DNA from: an uncultured Bacilli bacterium
GTDB lineage: Bacteria; Bacillota_I; Bacilli_A; RF39; UBA660
Direction of reading: 5' to 3'
DNA length: 34,631 nt
Assembly: GCA_934096025.1 (NCBI GenBank)
Contig: CAKOLP010000001.1
Location: 1 to 34,631 of the forward strand
Numbering within the stretch: the first letter of the stretch is position 1; each line of letters starts with the position of its first letter. Position numbers and translations under genes: made by a program. Below the pieces are notes generated by a model, which ran no database searches, was not told the origin of the DNA, and saw nothing but the letters and a program-made list of their open reading frames with translations. Positions 9,043 to 17,231 of the stretch are shown in pieces.

Positions 9043-11215
9043 ACTCATCAAAGAAGTCATCGAAGAATTCGTCATCAGATACAATATTATTGTCAATAAC
9101 TTTACTATCAGAATCAACTTTTATTTTGGGTATATCCTCAAGTTTAGGTTCTTCAGGCGTTAATATAATCTTAGGTTTATCTGCTTTTTCTTCTACTGGC
9201 TCTTTAATTTCTTTATTTAGTTTTTCTTTTTCTAATGCTTCTTGACGGTCAAGTTCTTTGAACTTTTCATCTAAGCTTTTTATTACACTATCTAAGTCCA
9301 AGTCACTCATTTTGCTATTAAATGGGCTATCTGGCATTGAGTTTTTTGGAAAGCTCGAATCTGGAAAATTAAGATTGTTATTCATTCCTGATGTTATTGG
9401 TGCTCCGAAAGAGCTTGGCATAGGGCCGAATGGGTTGAATCCTCCGGATGGGTTAAATGGATTCTTTGCACCTTGATCTTTTAATTGTTCACTCATTTTC
9501 TTGTTTCTTTCTTCAGTAACAAACTTTTTCAAATCAAATATTTCAACAGATCTTCTTTCACGAGTTGGATAATCTTCAGCTTTTCTTTCTATTCCCCAGT
9601 CCATTTTAAAGTCTGGTTCTAATTTTGTTCTAAAAGGGTCTGTTCTTAATCTTTTGATAATTGTTTCAAAAAGTTTCATTTTTTGTAAGTCAGTAACTGT
9701 TATAAGTGGCCTTGTAGCACTTTTATCTTTTTCATCAGTAACCCTTACTTCTCCGCACATCTTGCTAATTTCATCTAAAGCTTTCATTTCTGTACTTATT
9801 AAGTACACAATATTACCGCAATTACCTTTAATGATTTCTGCTACATTATCTCCATACACATCATTTAACTGAGCAAAGTTTTGAATGATGAATGTAAATC
9901 TTATATCCCGGCTTCGTGCTGCTGATACCATGGCATCTACATCTTTTAACGGAGGCATATTGGCAAACTCATCAAGAATAAAATTAGTTCTTATTGGAAG
10001 TTTTCCGCCATTTTCTTGAGCAATATCAATTAATGTTTCATAACATTGTTTTATAAATATTGTCATTAATGGGTGGTAAGTTTTCTTTTCATCGTGGATT
10101 ATCATGAAAACAGCGGTTTTACCTTTACCAATGTCTTTCATGTCAAAGTCACTATATGATAACATTTCACTTAAAGCTTCACCAGTTGAGAAGTTTCTTA
10201 TCTTTTGTCTAAATGTTGCAAGTAATCCACCCTTTGTATCACTAGGTGCATTAATTGTACTTGATGCAAACATATAAGCATTAGATTTTTCTCCTTTTAA
10301 GCCAAAATATTCTTTAATATAGTTGCTCATAGCAAACCGTTCTTCACCAACTGTACTCATTACATTTATACTATTTAAATTTACTTCTTCTTCTTTTCCA
10401 TCTTGAAATAAACCTAGTGCTAAACCTGAAAAGTAGTCTGCTGCTGATTTTTCCCAGAAGTCAGATTCATTTTTGTTTGAGGGATCATACAAAATATTTA
10501 GCGCTACGTCATTTAATAGTTCTATTGATTTATCTGCGTTGCCCTCACGATAATATCTAAATGGAAGTGATAAAGGGTTCCAAGAATTACCCCGAATTGG
10601 TTCCCGAAAGTTTAATACAATTATTTTATATCCTCTTTCTTTTAAGTAAGAAGCACTATATTTATAAATTTCCCCTTTAGGGTCAGTAATTACCATACTT
10701 TCGCCTTTTTTGGCTATTAAGTTTACCATTGGCTTAACGATTGTTTGAGTTTTACCACTACCTGTAGAACCTATAACTAAGTTGTGATATTCACCATTAT
10801 CTACCCACATTTCTTTACCATTATTAATTAGAGGAATTCCTGCTGCTTCAATATTATCAGAAAATGGGTCTACTTTTTCAACATCTGCTTGATCTTTTAT
10901 GTCTTTTTCATTTGCCCATTTAGAATAGCCATCGCTTGATTTCTTTTTAAAGCTTATTCCAAAACCAAATTCTTTTTCTCTTTTGAAAATATAAGAAGAT
11001 ACTGTTGAAAAAATACCTATTAATGCCGCTATAAAAAGTAATAGTGTTGCCCCAATGTACCTAGGTGTAAATGCTTTAAATGGTAAAAGGCCATAAAAAG
11101 TTCCGTCTGTTGTAAGACTTGCAAAATTTAATACTGCAATTGCACATAAATATAACAATAATACACAATATATAACAAATAACATAAAGTCTTTAGGTTC
11201 TACTTTAAATTTCAT
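9041..11215 (-). CDS. Type IV coupling protein (VirD4/TraG family ATPase) with a long low-complexity acidic tail
   Basis: Two N-terminal TM helices are present. The Walker A motif is VIGSTGSGKTQT, followed by ITDPKGE. The Walker B region is FILDEFAN. Confidence 0.9.
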   Translation of the reverse strand: MKFKVEPKDFMLFVIYCVLLLYLCAIAVLNFASLTTDGTFYGLLPFKAFTPRYIGATLLLFIAALIGIFSTVSSYIFKREKEFGFGISFKKKSSDGYSKWANEKDIKDQADVEKVDPFSDNIEAAGIPLINNGKEMWVDNGEYHNLVIGSTGSGKTQTIVKPMVNLIAKKGESMVITDPKGEIYKYSASYLKERGYKIIVLNFREPIRGNSWNPLSLPFRYYREGNADKSIELLNDVALNILYDPSNKNESDFWEKSAADYFSGLALGLFQDGKEEEVNLNSINVMSTVGEERFAMSNYIKEYFGLKGEKSNAYMFASSTINAPSDTKGGLLATFRQKIRNFSTGEALSEMLSYSDFDMKDIGKGKTAVFMIIHDEKKTYHPLMTIFIKQCYETLIDIAQENGGKLPIRTNFILDEFANMPPLKDVDAMVSAARSRDIRFTFIIQNFAQLNDVYGDNVAEIIKGNCGNIVYLISTEMKALDEISKMCGEVRVTDEKDKSATRPLITVTDLQKMKLFETIIKRLRTDPFRTKLEPDFKMDWGIERKAEDYPTRERRSVEIFDLKKFVTEERNKKMSEQLKDQGAKNPFNPSGGFNPFGPMPSSFGAPITSGMNNNLNFPDSSFPKNSMPDSPFNSKMSDLDLDSVIKSLDEKFKELDRQEALEKEKLNKEIKEPVEEKADKPKIILTPEEPKLEDIPKIKVDSDSKVIDNNIVSDDEFFDDFFDE

Positions 11216-11258
11216 TTCAATTCCTCATTTCTTAAACTATATTATACAATAAAATTAT

Positions 11259-12020
11259 TTAATCTTCTACAACTACTTCATATTTTTGATTATTGGATTG
11301 ATACATTACAAAACTTGGTTTATGAACATTGGAAAAGTAAGCTTTTTTAAATATAAGATTAGGTGTTTTTTGATCATTTAGCTTTATTACTGAATACAAA
11401 TGATAAGTTGGATTTAAAAGAGCATTCTTTGGTTCAATATTATTTTTTTTAATAATTGTTCTTGTTCCATTTATGTTAGTGTATAATAGATTAAAATAAC
11501 TGTTTGTCTGTTCTTCAATAAAATTATTGGCACTAATTAAATAATCCTTTATACCGTCATTATTTAAATCAACACTATATTTTGAGCAAGTAATATTGCT
11601 TAGGTCACTATAACTTTTAGATGTTAATTCATTTATAAAGTTTACATCACTTTGTAAGCATTCTTCATTTGTTATTCTTTCTATGTTATTTACAAGATTT
11701 TGTGTTGTAGCTAAAATATTATCGTCATAATTTAAGTATTTACTTTCATTTGTTAAAAAGTTCCAAGAATTTACGTATTCAGCTTTATAAATTCCTTGGT
11801 AACCTTCGTTTATATAAACAAGCATTTTGGTCGAACTATCAAAGCTACTTGGACTTTCGCTTTGCCAAGTATTATTCTCATATTTCCATAAAGTTTGCTC
11901 ACCTAAAATTAGGTATTTGGCTTCTTCAACAGCTTTATTTTGAGTTTGAGAGTAAAATAATACTATTATTATTAATATTGCTAAAATACAAATTATTATT
12001 ATTGGAACTTTTTTATTCAT
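11259..12020 (-). CDS. N-terminally anchored extracytoplasmic protein of unknown function (T4SS operon member)
   Basis: It has a single N-terminal TM helix (VPIIIICILAILIIIVLF). A DLNNDGIKDY Ca-binding-like motif is present. It sits between the hydrolase and the T4CP. Confidence 0.6.
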   Translation of the reverse strand: MNKKVPIIIICILAILIIIVLFYSQTQNKAVEEAKYLILGEQTLWKYENNTWQSESPSSFDSSTKMLVYINEGYQGIYKAEYVNSWNFLTNESKYLNYDDNILATTQNLVNNIERITNEECLQSDVNFINELTSKSYSDLSNITCSKYSVDLNNDGIKDYLISANNFIEEQTNSYFNLLYTNINGTRTIIKKNNIEPKNALLNPTYHLYSVIKLNDQKTPNLIFKKAYFSNVHKPSFVMYQSNNQKYEVVVED

Positions 12021-12032
12021 ACTTTTCCCTTT

Positions 12033-14555
12033 CTATTTAAACTTATAAGCTACAATTCTTGTTATATCCGTTAAATTATATGTATTAATTTTTCCTCCGG
12101 ATGGGTCTTTCACTACAACTTTATCACCAGATATTTCTTGGAATAAGACCCAGTGTTCTTGGATACTCTTGTTTTGTATTCTTAATAATGTAATATATTC
12201 TGCCGGACTATAATTATTGATTTTGTTAATTTTTTCTGATACTGAATATGCTCCCATTTCTATGGAAATAGCATCTGCTAGATTTGGCGCTATTTGTTTT
12301 ATAGCTGAGCAACCCCAAATAAGCCTACCATTCCCAGTAAAGCAATTTCCAGAATTCAAAGCTTTAACAAATGTCCCTGGATTTAATTCACTTACTGTCA
12401 CTTGAGTTCCTGAGCATTTTATTCCCATTGTAATCGCCGTAATTGTACAACCAGAACCGCTAACAGTATCATTACTAGATCCTAATTTATAACTTCCCCA
12501 CCTATCGTCACTTTGATTAAATAAAACACAATTTCCAGAGTCATATACTGTGCCTTTATAATTACTATCTATTCCATTTCCTCCGATACATTCATCAGAA
12601 GTAATATTAAATATTGTTTGTCTTTTTGGAATCATGTTTATATTAACTTGATACATAGAATATGCTTTTTGGTCTTCATCTGTTGTTGGCGCGCAATTAG
12701 CATCACTACATCTATTAGATTCACTACAGAAACCAGCAACTTGTGCAGATCTTGCAGTAGATAAGTATTGTTTCATATAAGGATAGTAATAACAGCCACC
12801 TTTTCCAGAGCTTCCTGGATTTGCCCATACTGAACCGATGTACGCGTACTTATTCATCATATCTGAAAGAGTGTCATATTTAGAAACTGTTTTTATAAAT
12901 CCTAAAACTCCCTCATTAAACGAACTATAGCGAATACAATCTTTACCTCCACCATTATTAGTACAGCCTATTCCATAATAATTATAATAATCACCCGGAC
13001 TATATCCCTCTACATCAGCTCTAGTTACTAAAACTTCCGGATTAATATTGTTTTTTACACAAATATCGTATATGTCTTCTGCGTGATTTATAAATTCTTT
13101 AGCATAACTTCCACTTTTTCCAGAATAATAGCTGTTTATCTTAGCTACAAAATCACTTTTTGACAATACTGTGCTTTTTAATGAAAATTCTTCACAACTA
13201 CTGCTATTGGTTATCGCAATATATTCACAATGACTAGCTAAGTCATATATTTGATATGTTGTTTCTTCATCATCTAACTGAATCGAATTTAAAATGCTTT
13301 TGTAATCTGAGCTTTCTTCACTATTTAGGGTTTCAATTAAATCTCTAGTTACATTGATAGTGTCTGATGACGGTAACTTAGATATCATATCATTATATGC
13401 TGAGGGTAAATATAAATAGTTTTCAATTTCATAATATACAGAATCAAACTCTGATTGCACTTCTGTTGGAATATCTGATTCATAGCTAACGCTGCACCCA
13501 TCAATAGATATATTTTTATTTTGACTATCGTAATTTCCCATTCCTAGGGCATTTGTTTTAACTAAAATCATTACCGCTTTTAATAATTCTGTATTATAAT
13601 CGGTTTCTTTAAGTAATGCATATGTACTTCCATATACGTAATCTTTAATTCCCATGCTAATAGATTCTTCTTCGCTTTCCTCACTACTACATGTTTTTAA
13701 ATTTACTGTCGTTAAATTATAGTTACATGCTTCGCTAAAATATCCGCCGTTATCATTATAATCGAAACCTGCTATAATAAGTATTACAATAAATATAATT
13801 ATTGCTATTCCTATAATAGCTATTATACCTGGATTAGTTAAAATAAACGCAACTATTTTTTTCCCTACACTTAAGGCAACTTTTTTTACTTTATCAGCTG
13901 CTTTTTTTTGGACTGCTTTTACTTTGGCAGCAGCTTTTTGCTCTACATTTTTGACAGCTGTTTTTGCTTTACTTTTTGCAGCATCTTTTAATGCTTCTGT
14001 TGGGTGCGTTGCATTATAAGCTTTTGCCTTTACATCATCAATTTTATTGGTTAGGGCATTTTTCTTAGCATTTGCATATTTTAGGTTATCCATTACTTGG
14101 TCCATTTTACTTTTTCTAACAGTGTTAGAACCGTCGGCTTTTACCGGAGCGTTGGCATCTTTTTTTAATTTGTGAGTTTTGCGCCTTTCATTATCTAAGT
14201 CGAAGACTTTTTGATCAAGATCTTTTTGCCTATTTTTATAGTGATTTTTATCATAAACTCCGTCACTATTTTTAGCATTATTATATTCTCTTTGCCCAAA
14301 TTTTTCTCTTTGTGCCGGAGTATTTGGTGTATCACTTAAATACTCTATATTATCTGTATCATTTACATCATTTAATTTATCATCAATTTGTAATTTTTCA
14401 TCTAAAATTGAATCTAATCTACCTAAATCCTCATCTAAATTAAAGTCATCTAAACCAACTTGAGAAGCAATTGTCCTCAAGTTGTCGGGGGAAGAATCAC
14501 CACTACCAGTGTCTAACCCTAATCGTTTAGCTTTTTCTATAATACTATTTTGCAT
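12033..14555 (-). CDS. T4SS-associated multidomain peptidoglycan hydrolase (VirB1 analogue, CwlT/PrgK/TcpG-like)
   Basis: The N-terminal region is charged (Lys/Ala-rich) and followed by one TM helix (IIAIIGIAIIIFIVILIIAGF). A tentative SpoIID-like segment reads KDYVYGSTYALL...ELLKAVMILVKTNAL. A glucosaminidase/muramidase-like segment reads INPEVLVTRADVEGY...YYGIG. The C-terminus is a C39-like/CHAP-type Cys peptidase (SGSGCTITAITMG...EHWVLF...VKDPSGG). Confidence 0.8.
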   Translation of the reverse strand: MQNSIIEKAKRLGLDTGSGDSSPDNLRTIASQVGLDDFNLDEDLGRLDSILDEKLQIDDKLNDVNDTDNIEYLSDTPNTPAQREKFGQREYNNAKNSDGVYDKNHYKNRQKDLDQKVFDLDNERRKTHKLKKDANAPVKADGSNTVRKSKMDQVMDNLKYANAKKNALTNKIDDVKAKAYNATHPTEALKDAAKSKAKTAVKNVEQKAAAKVKAVQKKAADKVKKVALSVGKKIVAFILTNPGIIAIIGIAIIIFIVILIIAGFDYNDNGGYFSEACNYNLTTVNLKTCSSEESEEESISMGIKDYVYGSTYALLKETDYNTELLKAVMILVKTNALGMGNYDSQNKNISIDGCSVSYESDIPTEVQSEFDSVYYEIENYLYLPSAYNDMISKLPSSDTINVTRDLIETLNSEESSDYKSILNSIQLDDEETTYQIYDLASHCEYIAITNSSSCEEFSLKSTVLSKSDFVAKINSYYSGKSGSYAKEFINHAEDIYDICVKNNINPEVLVTRADVEGYSPGDYYNYYGIGCTNNGGGKDCIRYSSFNEGVLGFIKTVSKYDTLSDMMNKYAYIGSVWANPGSSGKGGCYYYPYMKQYLSTARSAQVAGFCSESNRCSDANCAPTTDEDQKAYSMYQVNINMIPKRQTIFNITSDECIGGNGIDSNYKGTVYDSGNCVLFNQSDDRWGSYKLGSSNDTVSGSGCTITAITMGIKCSGTQVTVSELNPGTFVKALNSGNCFTGNGRLIWGCSAIKQIAPNLADAISIEMGAYSVSEKINKINNYSPAEYITLLRIQNKSIQEHWVLFQEISGDKVVVKDPSGGKINTYNLTDITRIVAYKFK

Positions 14556-14578
14556 AATACCTCCTTAAGGAGATGTTA

Positions 14579-16366
14579 TTAATAACCTCCACCTGATCCA
14601 AAAGAATCTAATTCTTCTTGTGTTAAAACTACTTGAATTTTCATTCTTTTGTTTCCACAAATAAATAAACCAAACCCTTGTTCATAATATTTAATTGATT
14701 CCATTTCTGATTCATTTAAATCAATTAATTTTGCTAAATCATCTACAGCTTGCTTTCTTAAATTCATTACTAAATAATAAGAGGCATTATCAAATATTGC
14801 TTTACCATGAGTAATAATATTTGGAGCAGCAAAGTCCGTAGGTTGTTGGGTAATTATAATTGTACCCGTATTATATTTTCTGCTTCTTCTTTGTATTTGA
14901 GCTAAAAATTCTGCCCCTAGTTCATTGTGTCCTGATAATAGAACATGAGCTTCATCTACCATCATAACGGTATTAAGGGATTTATCTAGGCATAAGCCCC
15001 AAGCATATTTTAATATATTAAAGAATAAAGCATTTTTAATATTTTCATCACTATTCATTAATTCTTTGATATTAAAGACGATAAAATCACTTTCAATAGA
15101 TAAAGTAGTCTTACCTGTAAAATAATATCTTAATTCTTTTACCAATGGTCTTACTTTTAATTCTAGTCTTTCTAAGACATCTCTTTCATGAGTTGCATCT
15201 GTCATACTAGTTAAATGTCCCCGTATTGTTGCATAAACATCATCAAAAGTAGGATAATCTGCACTAGTAAGCTTTGTAAAATCAGTATTGTAATCAATAC
15301 GATATCTTTTATAAGTTTCTTGTAAGACATCACTAAACATTGTTAAAACATCATCTTCGATACTCGGAGAATAATACTTCATAAAAGCTTTTACTTGTTG
15401 TAAAGTTCTTGTTAAAACTGTATACCCTAACCCTTGAGCTATTTCTTCTTCGTCCGTATCTATTACTATTTCTAGGGGATTAATCATCCCAAAAGTTCCA
15501 CCTTTACCTAAATCAAGGAAGTCACCGCCAAGAGAATGACACATTTCTCCTAGTTCACCCTCTGGATCTACACAAACTACTTTAAAGCCATTACGTATAT
15601 GTGTTCTAAGTAGTACTTTTGCAGCAGTTGACTTACCACTACCAGATGTACCAAGTAAAATTATATTGGCATTATTTCTATTATTTTCTTTTCTTATTTG
15701 GAATAAAAATTGATTAAATAATATTACTCCACCAGACCAGTCAACTCCAAGAAGTGTTGCATTTCCTGGGTCCTTTATACTATCAAATATAAATGGATAC
15801 ATGGCAGCTACAGTAACTGAGGGAATCGGTGTTCCAATACGATTTTCGATATCTTGTGGTGGGAAAATTGGCAATATTGATTTTAAAGCTTTTTCTTGTT
15901 CAAACATTAATGCAACAGCACGCATACCTAAAGCATCAAGATAACTTCGAACTTGGATTTTTCTTAGTTCTAATTCTTCTTTATTATCTGCAGTAATCAT
16001 TAAGTGCATTTGAAAGTCAAAAATTCTTGCTTGTGTTGCTGCTAGCATTTGAATGAATTGCTCTAAAGATTCATAGTCTTGTCTAATACGTTCTTGCATA
16101 GTATTATCTTTTTCACTTTGATATCTTACTTTTAAATCTGCTATTTCCTTATTTAACATTTTTTGTAAAACACTAAAAGGAATTGTCATATGTTTAATAG
16201 CTATTTTTACCCCTTGTAAATTCGTAATATCTGATAAAAATCCTGGCACAATATTTCTTGGAAAAGCTATTACAGTAAGAATTGTAGAATATTTTCCTCC
16301 AAGTACAAATTCTGTTGGTTTAAACTCCATTCCTTTTGGAGCTACTTCACTTTTAAGTTTACTCAT
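14579..16366 (-). CDS. VirB4-family T4SS ATPase, C-terminal (ATPase) portion
   Basis: The Walker A motif is LLGTSGSGKST and the Walker B motif is MMVDEAHVLL. The segment IIITQQPTDF is also present. At 595 aa it is about 200 aa shorter than typical Gram-positive VirB4 proteins. Confidence 0.9.
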   Translation of the reverse strand: MSKLKSEVAPKGMEFKPTEFVLGGKYSTILTVIAFPRNIVPGFLSDITNLQGVKIAIKHMTIPFSVLQKMLNKEIADLKVRYQSEKDNTMQERIRQDYESLEQFIQMLAATQARIFDFQMHLMITADNKEELELRKIQVRSYLDALGMRAVALMFEQEKALKSILPIFPPQDIENRIGTPIPSVTVAAMYPFIFDSIKDPGNATLLGVDWSGGVILFNQFLFQIRKENNRNNANIILLGTSGSGKSTAAKVLLRTHIRNGFKVVCVDPEGELGEMCHSLGGDFLDLGKGGTFGMINPLEIVIDTDEEEIAQGLGYTVLTRTLQQVKAFMKYYSPSIEDDVLTMFSDVLQETYKRYRIDYNTDFTKLTSADYPTFDDVYATIRGHLTSMTDATHERDVLERLELKVRPLVKELRYYFTGKTTLSIESDFIVFNIKELMNSDENIKNALFFNILKYAWGLCLDKSLNTVMMVDEAHVLLSGHNELGAEFLAQIQRRSRKYNTGTIIITQQPTDFAAPNIITHGKAIFDNASYYLVMNLRKQAVDDLAKLIDLNESEMESIKYYEQGFGLFICGNKRMKIQVVLTQEELDSFGSGGGY

Positions 16367-16367
16367 A

Positions 16368-16913
16368 CTACATCACCGCCCCAAATTTAGTTGTTTCTCC
16401 CCCATTTAAGAAGTTATCTAATATTACTCTTAAGTCATTGTTTGATGTTTGGGTAGATTGCAAGCCAGCACTAGCTAAGCCACTAATTAAATTATGTAGT
16501 TTCTTTTGCACTAGCTCTAATCTTTTTTCTTTAAATAAAATATAATATTCTGTATCAACAACATTATACTCACTACTCATAAATAGGTTAGCTTTATTAA
16601 TATCTTGCATAATTAATTTTTTAGCTATATTTGTCGTAGCGTTATTATACATAAGTTGTAATTGTGATAAATAAACATCTATATCAACAGGTCTATCAGC
16701 TATTAGAAGCCAAAAATCATAGTCAATACTATTATAAAAATTTCTAAGTTGATATATCGTATTGTTTTGAGTTCCTTGATCCATTATAAATATGTTTTTA
16801 GGAGTTACTTTTACTCCGGTTACATACATACCGTCATCTAATTGGATCATACCGTTCATAATTTGTCTTATTGGTAACCAATCTTCCGTATAATTTCTAT
16901 TCATCTCTGTCAT
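16368..16913 (-). CDS. VirB4 N-terminal domain encoded as a separate ORF
   Basis: The sequence DWLPIRQIMNGMIQLDDGMYVTGVKVTPKNIF resembles the N-termini of ConE/Orf16-type VirB4 proteins. Its stop (16368-16370) lies 1 nt from the next ATG (16364-16366), in a different frame. Confidence 0.65.
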   Translation of the reverse strand: MTEMNRNYTEDWLPIRQIMNGMIQLDDGMYVTGVKVTPKNIFIMDQGTQNNTIYQLRNFYNSIDYDFWLLIADRPVDIDVYLSQLQLMYNNATTNIAKKLIMQDINKANLFMSSEYNVVDTEYYILFKEKRLELVQKKLHNLISGLASAGLQSTQTSNNDLRVILDNFLNGGETTKFGAVM

Positions 16914-17211
16914 CTTTACAACACCAACCTTTCCAATAATATCTGCGAGGATTAAATATAAAACTAAATATGTTTATTATAAATTGTAATACATTGTGAT
17001 AGTACATTACCGGCGTTACTAGAAAACCTGTAATTAATGCCGGCAATAGAATAACTATCATTTGTGGTAATGAGGCGTGTTGTATTAATATTAACAAAAG
17101 TACCGTAAGCCCACAGCCAAATCCAAATAGCATTAAATCCGTCGGTGTAAAAAAGCCTAAAATCAATTGGGACTTTTTAGCATTTGCTGGTATCAAATAG
17201 TTATTATTCAT
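16897..17211 (-). CDS. PrgI / VirB3-like small membrane protein
   Basis: The protein is 104 aa and begins IPANAKKSQLILGFFTPTDLMLFGFG, followed by two TM helices. It lies directly upstream of VirB4 and overlaps it by 17 nt. Confidence 0.6.
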   Translation of the reverse strand: MNNNYLIPANAKKSQLILGFFTPTDLMLFGFGCGLTVLLLILIQHASLPQMIVILLPALITGFLVTPVMYYHNVLQFIINIFSFIFNPRRYYWKGWCCKDDRDE

Positions 17212-17231
17212 TCCTTTTCATTCCTTTCATA

